This document shows positions 41,270-51,921 of a stretch of 64,000 nucleotides of DNA, one piece after another; within the stretch, counting starts at the first letter, position 1; every line of letters begins with the position of its first letter. Below the pieces are notes generated by a model. The model was not told the DNA's origin. It did no database searches and saw nothing but the letters and a program-made list of their open reading frames with translations. Made by a program: the position numbers and the translations under genes. Origin of the DNA: Steroidobacteraceae bacterium (GTDB taxonomy: Bacteria; Pseudomonadota; Gammaproteobacteria; Steroidobacterales; Steroidobacteraceae); assembly GCA_036273095.1 (NCBI GenBank), contig DATAXF010000008.1, positions 10,769-74,768 on the forward strand, written 5' to 3'.

Positions 41270-42607
41270 ATGAGCACCGCGATTGCTGACGGCGGCGCGC
41301 AGGCGGCGCCGCTGATATACCTGCCGGGATTCGGCAACCATTTCGCCACCGAGGCGCTGCCCGGCGCCCTGCCCGAGGGCCGCAACTCACCGCAGCGCTG
41401 CCCTTACGGCCTTTATGCGGAGCAATTCTCGGGCACCGCTTTCACCGCGCCGCGGTCGGCCAATCGGCGCAGCTGGCTCTATCGCATCCGACCGGCCGCG
41501 ATGTTGGCGCGTCCCTTCCAACCTCTGCCGCACGCGGGCCTCGTGAGCCACTTCGGGACGCTCGCCGTCACGCCGAATCCGCTTCGCTGGAGCCCACCGC
41601 CCATTCCCCGGGAGCCAGCCGATTTCGTCGATGGCCTGCTGACTCTGGGCGGCACCGGCGCGCCGGATGCTCACGCGGGCTGCGGCATTCACTGGTACCT
41701 CGCCAACCGCTCCATGCGCGACCGCTTCTTCTACGATGCCGACGGCGAGCTTCTCATCGTGCCCCAGCTCGGGCGGCTGCGCGTTGCGACCGAGCTCGGG
41801 ATCCTGGAGGCCGCACCGCAGGAGGTGCTGCTCATTCCACGGGGGCTGCGTTTCAGGGTGGAGCTCCCGGACGGTGAGGCCCGCGGCTACATTTGCGAGA
41901 GCTTCGGGGCGCCGCTGCGACTGCCGGACTTGGGTCCCATCGGCTCGAACGGCCTCGCCAATCCGCGCGATTTCCAGACGCCGGTGGCGTCATATGAGGA
42001 CCGCGACGGGGATATGGAGCTCGTGGCGAAGCTCGGTGGGGAGCTTTGGACAGCGGCACTCGATCACTCACCGCTCGATGTCGTCGCCTGGCACGGCAAC
42101 AATGCGCCGTGCAAGTACGACCTGCGCCGTTTCAACGCGATCGGCTCCGTGAGCTACGATCATCCGGACCCTTCGATCTTCCTCGTGCTGCAGTCCGTCA
42201 GCGACACACCAGGCGTGGACACGGTGGACTTCGTGATCTTCCCGCCGCGCTGGCTTGCGATGGAAGACACCTTCCGGCCGCCCTGGTTTCATCGCAACGT
42301 CGCGAGCGAGTGCATGGGGCTGATCCACGGCGTCTATGACGCCAAGGCCGGCGGCTTCGAGCCCGGTGGCGCATCGCTCCACAACTGCATGACCGGCCAC
42401 GGCCCCGACGCCGAGACCTTCGAGCGCGCGCTGCGCGCCGACACCACCCGGCCGCAGCGCATCAGCGATACGATGGCCTTCATGTTCGAGACACGTACCG
42501 TGATCCGCCCCACGCGCCGCGCACTGGAGCTGCCGCAGCTGCAACCCGACTACGCGCGCTGCTGGAGCGGCCTGACGAGACGCTTCAACCCGGACGTCCG
42601 CGAATGA
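41270..42607 (+). CDS. hmgA: Homogentisate 1,2-dioxygenase
   Basis: ATG 41270. [46 protein letters not shown]...RSWLYRIRP is the unmistakable HmgA N-terminus. 445 aa. Confidence 0.95.
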   Translation: MSTAIADGGAQAAPLIYLPGFGNHFATEALPGALPEGRNSPQRCPYGLYAEQFSGTAFTAPRSANRRSWLYRIRPAAMLARPFQPLPHAGLVSHFGTLAVTPNPLRWSPPPIPREPADFVDGLLTLGGTGAPDAHAGCGIHWYLANRSMRDRFFYDADGELLIVPQLGRLRVATELGILEAAPQEVLLIPRGLRFRVELPDGEARGYICESFGAPLRLPDLGPIGSNGLANPRDFQTPVASYEDRDGDMELVAKLGGELWTAALDHSPLDVVAWHGNNAPCKYDLRRFNAIGSVSYDHPDPSIFLVLQSVSDTPGVDTVDFVIFPPRWLAMEDTFRPPWFHRNVASECMGLIHGVYDAKAGGFEPGGASLHNCMTGHGPDAETFERALRADTTRPQRISDTMAFMFETRTVIRPTRRALELPQLQPDYARCWSGLTRRFNPDVRE

Positions 42608-43920
42608 GTGCCGCGCTCGACTCGACTCACGATTCGAAGCTGCGCAGCTGGGTGGGCTCCGCCAACCTCCCGGGCTGCGATTTCCCCATCCAGAACCTGC
42701 CGCTCGCCGTCTTCCGGCGCGCCGGGAGCGGCGAGAACTTCCGTTGCGGAGCCGCGATCGGCGACAGCGTGCTCGATCTCGGCGCGCTCGACATGTTGAG
42801 TCCCTTCGAAGGGCTCGCAGCCGAGGCGCTCGCGGCCTGCGCGGAGCCCGCGCTGCAGCGCCTGATGGCGCTCGGAAAGGGCGCGCGGGTGGCGCTGCGC
42901 CGCGGCCTGTCGGAGTGTCTGCGCGAGGGCTCGACGCGCGCGGCGGAGCTCGCCACCGCGCTCATTCCGCAGAGCGGGGCGGAATTCACGCTGCCGGCAA
43001 GAATCGGCAACTACACCGATTTCTACGCCTCCATTCACCACGCCACCGCGGTGGGCCGGCTCTTCCGGCCCGACCAGCCGCTGCTGCCCAACTACAAGTG
43101 GGTGCCCATCGCCTACCACGGGCGCGCCTCCTCGCTCGGCGTTTCCGGCCAGCAGGTGCGGCGTCCACGCGGCCAGGTGATGCCGCGCGGCGCCGGGCAG
43201 CCGCAGCTCTCGCCGAGCGCGCGCCTCGACTTCGAGCTCGAGGTTGGCGTGCTCATCGGGGCTGGAAACCAACTCGGCTCGCCGATCCCGATGGCGCAGG
43301 CCGAGGAGCACGTGTTCGGCCTCTGTCTCCTCAACGACTGGTCGGCGCGCGACCTGCAGGCCTGGGAATATCAGCCGCTCGGGCCCTTCCTCGCCAAGAG
43401 CTTCGCCTCCACGATCTCCCCCTGGGTGGTGACCCTGGAAGCGCTCGCGCCGTACCGGCTACCGTGGAGCCGGCCGGCCGAGGATCCGCAGCCCCTGCCC
43501 TATCTCGACAGCGCGCAGCTGCGTGCCTCCGGCGCGCTCGACCTGCATCTCGAGGTCGCCCTCGAGACGGCCGCCATGCGCGCCGCGGGGGCGGCGCCGC
43601 AGTCCCTGGCTCGAACCAACTTCCAACACAGCTACTGGTCGGTCGCGCAGATGGTGGCGCATCACACCGTGAACGGCTGCAACCTCGAGCCCGGAGACCT
43701 CCTCGGCAGCGGCACCCAGTCGGGTCCCACGCCTGATCAGGCCGGATCGCTTCTCGAGCTCAGCGACGGCGGCAAGCGCGCGATCCCGCTCGCGAGCGGC
43801 GAGACGCGCACGTTCCTGGAGGACGGCGACCGCGTGATCATCCGGGGATGGTGCGAGCGGCCCGGATGCGCGCGAATCGGCTTCGGGGAATCCAGCGGCA
43901 CCGTGCTCGGCGCCGACTGA
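42604..43920 (+). CDS. fahA: Fumarylacetoacetase
   Basis: ATG overlaps the hmgA stop (ATGA). [24 protein letters not shown]-domain and a FAH-fold C-domain ([26 protein letters not shown]). Confidence 0.95.
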   Translation: MSAALDSTHDSKLRSWVGSANLPGCDFPIQNLPLAVFRRAGSGENFRCGAAIGDSVLDLGALDMLSPFEGLAAEALAACAEPALQRLMALGKGARVALRRGLSECLREGSTRAAELATALIPQSGAEFTLPARIGNYTDFYASIHHATAVGRLFRPDQPLLPNYKWVPIAYHGRASSLGVSGQQVRRPRGQVMPRGAGQPQLSPSARLDFELEVGVLIGAGNQLGSPIPMAQAEEHVFGLCLLNDWSARDLQAWEYQPLGPFLAKSFASTISPWVVTLEALAPYRLPWSRPAEDPQPLPYLDSAQLRASGALDLHLEVALETAAMRAAGAAPQSLARTNFQHSYWSVAQMVAHHTVNGCNLEPGDLLGSGTQSGPTPDQAGSLLELSDGGKRAIPLASGETRTFLEDGDRVIIRGWCERPGCARIGFGESSGTVLGAD

Positions 43921-43921
43921 G

Positions 43922-45331
43922 TCAGATGTGACGGTAGCCGATGCGGAAGGCACCCCAGTGCCGGCTGCGCACCCAGATCGGCGAGGACAGGTCCTTCATC
44001 AGCACGAAGTTGCCGCCTCCCATGTCGCGGCGATAGGTCTGTAGCAGGAACGGCTTGGTGTTGCGCGCCACCTTCTGCACCGCGCGGTCCTTGAAGAGGC
44101 GGCGGTTGCGAGAGTGCGCCGCGTTCCAGACCGGATCCCGGCCCTGGGGCTGACGGTAATTGGGATTGTGCGTCGGCAGATACCCGCCCCTCGACCAGGC
44201 CACGCAGAAGACGATGCGCGCGTCCGCACGCTGCAACGGGTCCTGGATAGGGGGCAGCACGCGATCCGTGAACTGCACGTAGTCGGTGAGGTACTGCTTG
44301 GGGTTGCTGCCCGGGATCTCACGGTAGCGCTCGTCGAAGAGCTGCGCTTCGTTGATTTCGCCGCGCGCGATAGCCTGCTCGAACAGCTCGCTGATCCGCT
44401 TCGCGGTGTCCACACCCATGCGGATCATGGGCGTATCGGAAGTCTCGACGCCGCTCGCCGCGATGAGCTCCATCAGTCCCTCGCTGAGGCCGAGAAGTCC
44501 CTCCACCCGCTTGTCGGCGTGGGTGAGGCTCGTGGAGGAGAGCTGCACTCCTTCGGCGAGGCCGCCGAGCTCGGCGAGAGTGACGTTGCAGGCCTCGTGA
44601 TTGCCCGCAGCCGAGCGCGCAATCGAATCTATCTCGCGGCTCACGGTGCCGAAAGCGCCGTGTGCACGCACGATCACACCCTGCACCTGCCCCGCGCCGT
44701 GGCCGGCCTCGGCGGCATGTTTGTCGGCCGCGCCGCCCTCGGCGATCAAGCCATCTATCTGCTCCGCGAGCGAGCGCACGGTGGCCGTGATCCGCTCCGT
44801 GGCCGCGCGCGTCTCCTCCGCCAGCGTCTTGACCTCGGCGGCCACCACCGCGAATCCACGCCCCGCCTCGCCGGCCCGCGCCGCCTCGATGCCGGCGTTG
44901 AGCGAGAGGAGCCGCGTCTGCTTGGCGATGCCCTCGATGGCCGTGGACACGGCGGTGATTTGCTGCAGGACGGGAGCGAAAGAGCCCAGCCGTTGCTGGA
45001 TGCGCCCCACGGAGGCCGTCAACCGCCCGATGTGCTCGACCGCGCTGCCGATGAGAGTGCGCGACTCCGAAATCTCCCCGCCAGCCGTGGAGGCGGCGCG
45101 CTGAGCCTCACGCGCGGCGCGGTCGATCTCACGGTTGCCCGCGACCATGCTCTCGGTCGCCTGGTGCAACTCCTCGAATTGCGCGGCCTGGCCCGAGACA
45201 CGCAGGGCGAGGTCCTCGAGATGGCCGGCGATGTCGGCAACCTCGACACCGAGCGAGCCGAGGGGGCTCGCAAGCTCCCCGATCAAACGGTCACTGTCAG
45301 ATCGCGCTGCTACATCGGCGGCGGGCGTCAT
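43922..45331 (-). CDS. Soluble methyl-accepting chemotaxis protein with N-terminal signalling domain and C-terminal uncharacterised domain
   Basis: No TM segment. MCP hairpin tip [34 protein letters not shown] lies in the N-terminal half. The C-terminal ~170 aa ([31 protein letters not shown]...[38 protein letters not shown]) is a conserved module I cannot name. Confidence 0.8.
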   Translation of the reverse strand: MTPAADVAARSDSDRLIGELASPLGSLGVEVADIAGHLEDLALRVSGQAAQFEELHQATESMVAGNREIDRAAREAQRAASTAGGEISESRTLIGSAVEHIGRLTASVGRIQQRLGSFAPVLQQITAVSTAIEGIAKQTRLLSLNAGIEAARAGEAGRGFAVVAAEVKTLAEETRAATERITATVRSLAEQIDGLIAEGGAADKHAAEAGHGAGQVQGVIVRAHGAFGTVSREIDSIARSAAGNHEACNVTLAELGGLAEGVQLSSTSLTHADKRVEGLLGLSEGLMELIAASGVETSDTPMIRMGVDTAKRISELFEQAIARGEINEAQLFDERYREIPGSNPKQYLTDYVQFTDRVLPPIQDPLQRADARIVFCVAWSRGGYLPTHNPNYRQPQGRDPVWNAAHSRNRRLFKDRAVQKVARNTKPFLLQTYRRDMGGGNFVLMKDLSSPIWVRSRHWGAFRIGYRHI

Positions 45332-45413
45332 GCCACAAGACTAGTCGCGGCGAGCCGTCGCGGCCACCGGGTACTTGAGCGGCGCGGAGCGCCGGATCCG
45401 CTGTTCTAATTCC

Positions 45414-45522
45414 GGCACACGGACGTGCCCCGCCGCCGCAGGTGGCGGCGCTTTGGGCAAAAACCACGCTTTTTACCCAAAGCAGCGCTGGGCCGGGCAG
45501 GAGCCCGGATCCAGCGCTTCAA
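45414..45522 (+). repeat. Structured ~108-bp intergenic repeat, copy B
   Basis: Same architecture as copy A. Central stem 45450-45463/45470-45483. Ends 1 nt before the nuoN stop codon complement (45524-45526). A degenerate extra tail copy lies at 45385-45410. Confidence 0.75.
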
Positions 45523-45523
45523 A

Positions 45524-46957
45524 CTAGTGGATCAGGCGCCCGCAAAGGTCGAGCAGCGGGCCCGGCAGAATGCCGAGCAGAAGCACGGCCGCCGCATTGA
45601 GGCCGAGCGCCAACCGCGCGCCGTGCGGCCGCAGGGTGGCCGGCAGATTCTCCGGCGGCGCATCGAAGTACATCAGCTTGACGATGCGCAGGTAGTAGAA
45701 AGCGCCAACGACCGACATGGCCGCGGCGATCACCACCAACCAGAGGTGGTTCGTCTCCCACAGCACCTGGAAGATCCTGAGCTTCGCCCAGAAGCCGACG
45801 AACGGCGGCACCCCGGCCGTCGAGAACATGAGACCCAGCATGACGAGTGCGAGCAGCGGATCGCGCTGATAGAGGCCCTTGAAGTGATCCAGCTTGTCGG
45901 CTTCGAAGCCCTTGCGGCTCATGAGCAGGACCACGCCGAAGGAGCCGCCCACCATGAGCACGTACACCAGCGTGTAATAGAGTGCCGCCGTATAGCCGTT
46001 CGGAGTGCCGGCGACGAAGCCGAGCACGATGAAGCCCACGTTGCCGATGGTCGAATACGCGAGCAGCCGTTTGATGTTCGACTGCACGATCGCCAACACG
46101 TTGCCGACGATCAGGGTCAGCACCGCCAGCGGAGTCAGCATCAGCGTCCAGTCGGCCGAGGTACCGGCGAGCCCGTGGGCGAGGAGGCGCAGCGTGAGCG
46201 CGAAATATGCGATCTTCGGTACCGTGCCGATGAACATCGTCACGCTGGTGGGCGCGCCCTCGTAGACATCGGGCAGCCACATGTGGAAGGGCACCGTGCC
46301 GAGCTTGAAAGCGACGGCCACCACGATGAACGCAAGTCCGAGGATCACCCCCAGACTCGTGGGCGAGTGCAGCTGGATCGCGATCGCCTCGAGGTCGAGC
46401 GTCCCGGTGAGCCCATAGACGATCGACATACCGTAGAGCAGCGTGCCGGAAGCGAGCGCGCTCAGTACGAAGTACTTCATGGCCGCCTCGGCCGCAACGC
46501 CCGACTCCCGATCGAACGCCACCATCGCGTACAGCGAGAGAGCCAGCAGCTCCACGCCCATATAGACCGTGATCAGGCTGTTGGCAGAGATCAGCACGAA
46601 GATGCCGAGCAGCGCGGTGAGGCTGAGAACGTCGTATTCGCCGCGCAGGATATTGCGGTTCTCGAGATACAGCCGCGAGTAGATGAGCGCCATGGCGGCG
46701 AAGAGGAACCCGGCGATTTTAAGCACGAAGGCGAGCGGATCGACGACGTAATTGCCGTCGAACAGCACCGTGTGCTGACTCACGTTGCTGTACCGCAGTG
46801 TGAGCGCTGCCCCTACCGCGAGGATGATGAGCGTGAGCGTCGAAGTCGCGCCCGGACGCTTGAGGCCCACGAACACCTCGAAGAGCAAGACCACGCAGAT
46901 CGCGCAGCCGAGGTAGATCTCCGGGATCGCGGGACTGATGCTGTGCCAGTACGTCAT
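45524..46957 (-). CDS. nuoN: NADH-quinone oxidoreductase subunit N
   Basis: ATG 46957. 14-TM antiporter-like subunit and last gene of the operon. The ORF extension to 47092 overlaps nuoM. Confidence 0.95.
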   Translation of the reverse strand: MTYWHSISPAIPEIYLGCAICVVLLFEVFVGLKRPGATSTLTLIILAVGAALTLRYSNVSQHTVLFDGNYVVDPLAFVLKIAGFLFAAMALIYSRLYLENRNILRGEYDVLSLTALLGIFVLISANSLITVYMGVELLALSLYAMVAFDRESGVAAEAAMKYFVLSALASGTLLYGMSIVYGLTGTLDLEAIAIQLHSPTSLGVILGLAFIVVAVAFKLGTVPFHMWLPDVYEGAPTSVTMFIGTVPKIAYFALTLRLLAHGLAGTSADWTLMLTPLAVLTLIVGNVLAIVQSNIKRLLAYSTIGNVGFIVLGFVAGTPNGYTAALYYTLVYVLMVGGSFGVVLLMSRKGFEADKLDHFKGLYQRDPLLALVMLGLMFSTAGVPPFVGFWAKLRIFQVLWETNHLWLVVIAAAMSVVGAFYYLRIVKLMYFDAPPENLPATLRPHGARLALGLNAAAVLLLGILPGPLLDLCGRLIH

Positions 46958-46979
46958 TCGTGAGTGTCCTAGGGGCAGA

Positions 46980-48494
46980 TCACAGCGGGATCTTGCTGGC
47001 GACCGCCTGGATGACCAGGTGATGAATCGAAGGCTCCATGATCCTGAGGAGCGGCGCCGGCCAGATACCGACCACCAGCACCAGTACGGCAAGCGTCCCG
47101 AGGATGAGGAATTCCCGGCCGTTGAGGTCGGTGAGCTGCGCCACGTGATCGTTCGCCACCGGCCCGAACACCACGCGCTTGACCATCCAGAGCGTGTAGG
47201 AGGCCCCGAGGATCAGGGTCACCGCCGCGAGCGTCGAGTACCAGAAGCTTGCCTTGAACGTCGCGAGGATGACCAGGAACTCCCCGACGAAACCCGAGGT
47301 GCCGGGGAGCCCGGCGTTGGCGAGCGCGAACATCACCATGAAAGACGCGAAGATCGGCATGGTGTTCACCACGCCGCCGTAGGCGGAGATCTCGCGACTG
47401 TGTACGCGATCGTAGAGGACCCCAACACACAGGAAGAGCGCACCGGAGATGAGACCGTGGGACACCATCTGCACCATGGCCCCGTCCATGCCCATCCCCG
47501 CCCCCTGCGTCTGTCCGGTAGCGCGGACGATCTCATAGACCACGAACGCGCCAAGCGTCACGAAGCCCATGTGCGCGATCGAGGAGTACGCGATCAGCTT
47601 CTTCATGTCCGCCTGGACGATGGCAACCAGGCCGATGTAAATCACGGCGATCAGCGACAGCGTGATGATGAGCATGTTGAGCTCACGGCAGGCATCGGGC
47701 GTGATGGGCAGGCTGAAGCGCAGGAAGCCGTACCCGCCCATCTTGAGCATGATGGCCGCCAGGATCACCGAGCCTCCTGTCGGCGCTTCGACGTGCGCGT
47801 CGGGCAACCACGTGTGCACCGGCCACATGGGCACCTTCACGGCGAAAGCGAGCAGGAATGCGAAGAAGATCCAGCGCTGCTCGACGAGCGTGAGCGGCAG
47901 CGCCTGGAAGCTCGCGATCGCGTAGTTGCCGACCTTCACATACATGTAGATGAGGGCCACCAGCATGAACACGGAGCCGAGGAACGTGTAGAGGAAGAAC
48001 TTGATGGTGGCGTAGACGCGCCGCGGCCCACCCCAGATGCCGATGATGAGGAACATCGGAATCAGCATCGCTTCCCAGAAGAAGTAGAAGAGCAACGCAT
48101 CGGTGGCGGAGAACACCCCGATCATCAGCCCCTCCATGATGAGGAAGGCGGCGAAATATTGCGCCACACGGACCTTGATCACCGTCCATCCGGCGATCAC
48201 CACCGGGACGGTCATCACCGCTGTGAGCACCACGAGCGGCAGCGAGATACCGTCGACCCCGAGGGCGTAGAAGGCGTTGAAGCGCGGAATCCACGCCGTG
48301 GTCTCCACGAACTGGTAGGCCGCGGTCTGAGTGCTGAAAGCCGCGAGCATCAGCAACGACACGACGAGCGTCGCAACCGAGGCGGCGAGCGCCAGCCAGC
48401 GTCCGGCGGCGATGTAGCGATCGCCGAGCAGAAGCACCGCGATGCCGGCGCCGATGGGCAGCCAGATCAGGACGGATAACAGATGTGCGTGCAT
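46980..48494 (-). CDS. nuoM: NADH-quinone oxidoreductase subunit M
   Basis: ATG 48494. Antiporter-like subunit (KVPMWPVHTWLPDAHVEAPTGGSVILAAIMLKMGGYG). Confidence 0.95.
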   Translation of the reverse strand: MHAHLLSVLIWLPIGAGIAVLLLGDRYIAAGRWLALAASVATLVVSLLMLAAFSTQTAAYQFVETTAWIPRFNAFYALGVDGISLPLVVLTAVMTVPVVIAGWTVIKVRVAQYFAAFLIMEGLMIGVFSATDALLFYFFWEAMLIPMFLIIGIWGGPRRVYATIKFFLYTFLGSVFMLVALIYMYVKVGNYAIASFQALPLTLVEQRWIFFAFLLAFAVKVPMWPVHTWLPDAHVEAPTGGSVILAAIMLKMGGYGFLRFSLPITPDACRELNMLIITLSLIAVIYIGLVAIVQADMKKLIAYSSIAHMGFVTLGAFVVYEIVRATGQTQGAGMGMDGAMVQMVSHGLISGALFLCVGVLYDRVHSREISAYGGVVNTMPIFASFMVMFALANAGLPGTSGFVGEFLVILATFKASFWYSTLAAVTLILGASYTLWMVKRVVFGPVANDHVAQLTDLNGREFLILGTLAVLVLVVGIWPAPLLRIMEPSIHHLVIQAVASKIPL

Positions 48495-48511
48495 TCTTGT
48501 GCTTTCGCGCT

Positions 48512-50482
48512 TCAGCGGGCGAGGAACCAGCCGAGCAGCGCCGCCAGACCGATCATGATCCAGAAGGCGTACGAGTAGAGGTAGCCGCTCTGCACCCGGC
48601 GCAGGATGCCACCGAACCAGCCGATGGTCTCGGCCGAGCCGTTGACCAGCGCCCCGTCTATCAGGCCCTGGTCGCCGACCTTCCACAGGCCGAAGCCGAG
48701 GCCGCGCGTGAAGGCCGCCACGACGTTCTCATACAGCCAGTCGAAGTAATACTTCTGCAGCAGCAGCGCACGCAGCCAGGCCAGGCTGCGGGCAGCCTGC
48801 TCCGCGAGGGCCGGACGGCGGAAGCACACCCAGGCTGTCAGGAATCCCGCCACGGTCAGCCAGAACGGCGCGCCGATGAAGCCGCGAAGACCGAACGCTG
48901 CCGGACCGTGAAATTCCCGTGCCATCTCGCCGATGATGTTGTTGGCGGGCAGCACGAAGATCGAGCTGCCGAAATAGCTGCCGAAGAGCACCTGCCCCAC
49001 CGTGAGGTAGCCGATCAGCACCGACGGTATGGCGAGCGCGATGAGCGGCACGGTCACTACCCAGGGGCTCTCGTGCGGCTCGACGGCGTGATGGCCATGC
49101 TCCGGCTCGACGTGGCGGAAGCGCTCCTCGCCATGGAAGGTCATGAAGAGCAGCCGGAAGGTGTAGAGCGAGGTGACGAATGCGCCGAGCAGCACGCACC
49201 AGTAAGCGTACGTCGCACCCCAACGGTGAGAAGCGCCCACCGCCTCGATGATCGAATCCTTCGAGTAGTAGCCGGAAAAGAACGGCGTCGCGACCAGCGC
49301 GAGGCCGCCGATCCAGCAGGTGACGGCCGTGATCGGCATGTACTTGCCGAGACCGCCCATCTTGCGCATGTCCTGCTCGTGGTGCATGCCGATGATCACC
49401 GAGCCGGCGGCGAGGAACAGCAGCGCCTTGAAGAAGGCGTGTGTCATCAGGTGGAAGATCGCCGCGCTGTAGGCCGATACGCCGAGCGCGACCGTCATGT
49501 AGCCGAGCTGGGAGATCGTCGAGTATGCGATCACGCGCTTGATATCGAATTGGACGACGCCGATCAGTCCCATGAAGAAGGCCGTCGTCGCCCCGATGAC
49601 GAGCACGAACGAGAGCGCCGTGTTCGAATACTCGAAGAGCGGCGACATGCGCGCCACCATGAAAATGCCAGCGGTCACCATGGTCGCGGCATGGATGAGA
49701 GCGGAGATGGGCGTCGGGCCTTCCATCGAGTCGGGCAGCCACACATGCAGCGGCACCTGTGCCGACTTACCCATCGCCCCGACGAACAGGAAGATGCAGA
49801 TGAGAGTGAGCGCGTTGACGCCGCTCGCCGAAGTGATCGGAATGACCTGATGCGCGAGCGCCGGTGCGGCGGCGAACGCGGCGCCATAGGACAGCGAGTG
49901 GGTGAAGGCAAAGACCGCGGCAATGCCGATCACGAAGCCGAAGTCTCCCACCCGGTTGGCGATGAACGCCTTCAGGCCGGCGAAGATGGCGCTCGGCCGC
50001 GTGTACCAGAAGCCGATCAGGAGGTACGACACCATGCCCACCGCTTCCCAGCCGAAGAACAGCTGCATGAAGTTGTTGGACATCACGAGCATGAGCATCG
50101 AGAAGGTGAAGAGCGAGATGTAGCTGAAGAAGCGGGTGTACCCGGGGTCATCCTTCATGTACCCGATGGTGTAGACGTGCACGCAAAGCGAGACGAACGT
50201 CACCACCGCCATCATCAGCGCGCTCAAGCGGTCGATCAGGAATCCGACGTCGATGTGCACTCCGTCGCTCACGAGCCACGTGTAGACGGACCCATCGAAT
50301 GTGGGCACCCCGTCCGCATACAGTTGCTTGAGCACGTATATCGACAGCGCGCACGAGACGGCGACGCTGAGGATCGTGATGGTGTGCGCCCCCACACGTC
50401 CGATGACGCGCCCGCCGATGCCCGCGATCGCGGCGGCGATGAGCGGCAGCAGAGGGATGAGGATCAGCAGATGCGGATTCAT
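48512..50482 (-). CDS. nuoL: NADH-quinone oxidoreductase subunit L
   Basis: ATG 50482. 656 aa antiporter-like subunit (GKSAQVPLHVWLPDSMEGPTPISALIHAATMVTAG) with a long C-terminal lateral-helix region. Confidence 0.95.
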   Translation of the reverse strand: MNPHLLILIPLLPLIAAAIAGIGGRVIGRVGAHTITILSVAVSCALSIYVLKQLYADGVPTFDGSVYTWLVSDGVHIDVGFLIDRLSALMMAVVTFVSLCVHVYTIGYMKDDPGYTRFFSYISLFTFSMLMLVMSNNFMQLFFGWEAVGMVSYLLIGFWYTRPSAIFAGLKAFIANRVGDFGFVIGIAAVFAFTHSLSYGAAFAAAPALAHQVIPITSASGVNALTLICIFLFVGAMGKSAQVPLHVWLPDSMEGPTPISALIHAATMVTAGIFMVARMSPLFEYSNTALSFVLVIGATTAFFMGLIGVVQFDIKRVIAYSTISQLGYMTVALGVSAYSAAIFHLMTHAFFKALLFLAAGSVIIGMHHEQDMRKMGGLGKYMPITAVTCWIGGLALVATPFFSGYYSKDSIIEAVGASHRWGATYAYWCVLLGAFVTSLYTFRLLFMTFHGEERFRHVEPEHGHHAVEPHESPWVVTVPLIALAIPSVLIGYLTVGQVLFGSYFGSSIFVLPANNIIGEMAREFHGPAAFGLRGFIGAPFWLTVAGFLTAWVCFRRPALAEQAARSLAWLRALLLQKYYFDWLYENVVAAFTRGLGFGLWKVGDQGLIDGALVNGSAETIGWFGGILRRVQSGYLYSYAFWIMIGLAALLGWFLAR

Positions 50483-50487
50483 TCGCG

Positions 50488-50805
50488 CTAGCCTCGCAGG
50501 GTGTTCATGTCTTCGACGTTGATGCTGCGCCGCTCGCGGAACAGCACCACGACGATCGCCAGTCCGATCGCCGACTCCGCCGCCGCCACGGTGAGCACGA
50601 AGAACACGAACACCTGACCGTTGATGTCGCCCAAGACCCGCGAGAATGCGATGAAGTTGAAATTGGCGGCCAGCAGCAGCAGCTCTATGCACATGAGCAG
50701 CAGGATCACGTTCTTGCGGTTGAGGAAGATGCCGGCCACGGAAAGCGCGAACAGTATCCCGGAGAGGGTGAGGAGATCGGCCAAAGTGATGGCGTGCGTG
50801 ATCAT
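50488..50805 (-). CDS. nuoK: NADH-quinone oxidoreductase subunit K
   Basis: 105 aa, 3-[15 protein letters not shown] and [13 protein letters not shown] motifs. The start overlaps the nuoJ stop (ATGA). Confidence 0.95.
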   Translation of the reverse strand: MITHAITLADLLTLSGILFALSVAGIFLNRKNVILLLMCIELLLLAANFNFIAFSRVLGDINGQVFVFFVLTVAAAESAIGLAIVVVLFRERRSINVEDMNTLRG

Positions 50806-51407
50806 GTCTGCTTCTCCGCCTCGACCTTCACGATGCGAATGCGGTCGGCGGCGCGCACCGATACCTGGCGCGAGATGTCCTGCACCTTGAAGCCCGGCCG
50901 GTGACGCATGGTGAGCGCGATGGCCGCCACGATCGCCACCAGCAGCACCACCGCGGCAAGCTCGAACGGATAGGCGAAGCGCGTGTAGAGCACTTCGCCG
51001 AGCGCGCGCGTATTGCTGTAGCCGACGGCCTCAGGAATGGTGCCCTTGGTGACCTGCAGCCCGTTGACGTGATGCGACCACACGACCCAGGCGATCTCGG
51101 CGATCACCGCGCCGGCCGTCAGCCAGCCGAGCCAGGCGAAGCGGGTGAAGCCGCGGCGCAGCTCCGCGAGGTCGATGTCGAGCATCATCACCACGAAGAG
51201 GAACAGCACCATTACCGCGCCGACGTAAACGAGCACCAGCACGAGCGCCAGGAACTCCGCCCCGGTGAGCAGCCAGATGGCCGCGGAGTTGAAGAAGCAG
51301 AGCACCAGGAAGAGCGCCGAGTACACCGGATTGCGCGCGGTGATGAGCCCGAGCGCGGCGGCGACGAGCAGCGTGCCGAAAATGTAGAACAGTATCTGGA
51401 CTAGCAT
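50802..51407 (-). CDS. nuoJ: NADH-quinone oxidoreductase subunit J
   Basis: 201 aa, ND6-like ([26 protein letters not shown]...[16 protein letters not shown]). Confidence 0.95.
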   Translation of the reverse strand: MLVQILFYIFGTLLVAAALGLITARNPVYSALFLVLCFFNSAAIWLLTGAEFLALVLVLVYVGAVMVLFLFVVMMLDIDLAELRRGFTRFAWLGWLTAGAVIAEIAWVVWSHHVNGLQVTKGTIPEAVGYSNTRALGEVLYTRFAYPFELAAVVLLVAIVAAIALTMRHRPGFKVQDISRQVSVRAADRIRIVKVEAEKQT

Positions 51408-51427
51408 GGTTTACGCCTTGCGCGCCT

Positions 51428-51907
51428 TCAGCGGTACGGCGCATCCGCCCCCTTGTCGGCGGCGATCATGGATTCGTAGCGGTCCCCGACAGCGAGCAGC
51501 TTGTCCTTGCTCATGATGTTCTCGCCGCGATGCTCCATGTGGTATTCGTGGATGCGGGTGAGCACGATGGCATCCACCGGACAGGCCTCTTCGCAGAAGC
51601 CGCAGTAGATGCACTTGAAGAGATCGATGTCGTAGCGGGTGGTGCGCCGGGTGCCGTCCGGCGACACATCCGAGTCGATCGTGATGCACACAGCCGGGCA
51701 GACGGCCTCGCAAAGCTTGCAGGCGATACAGCGCTCCTGGCCGTTGCCGTACCGGCGCAGCGCGTGCAGGCCGCGGAAGCGCGGCGATTGCGGCGTCTTC
51801 TCTTCCGGGTAGTTGAGCGTGTACTTGCGCGAGAAGAGGGTGCGCGCCGTCACCGAGAGTCCCTTGATGAGCTCCGGCATGAGGAATGTCTTCAGTGGAT
51901 TCGCCAT
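51428..51907 (-). CDS. nuoI: NADH-quinone oxidoreductase subunit I
   Basis: ATG 51907. Two 4Fe-4S ferredoxin motifs: [12 protein letters not shown] and [12 protein letters not shown]. Confidence 0.95.
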   Translation of the reverse strand: MANPLKTFLMPELIKGLSVTARTLFSRKYTLNYPEEKTPQSPRFRGLHALRRYGNGQERCIACKLCEAVCPAVCITIDSDVSPDGTRRTTRYDIDLFKCIYCGFCEEACPVDAIVLTRIHEYHMEHRGENIMSKDKLLAVGDRYESMIAADKGADAPYR

Positions 51908-51921
51908 CGCACTCGCCTCCT

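Noticed and set aside
45450-45483. Central hairpin of repeat copy B as the intrinsic terminator of the nuo operon.
   Set aside because: No U tract follows the stem on the minus strand, and the A5/T5 runs are inside the stem next to the loop. I kept it only as a possible 3' structure, not as a canonical terminator.
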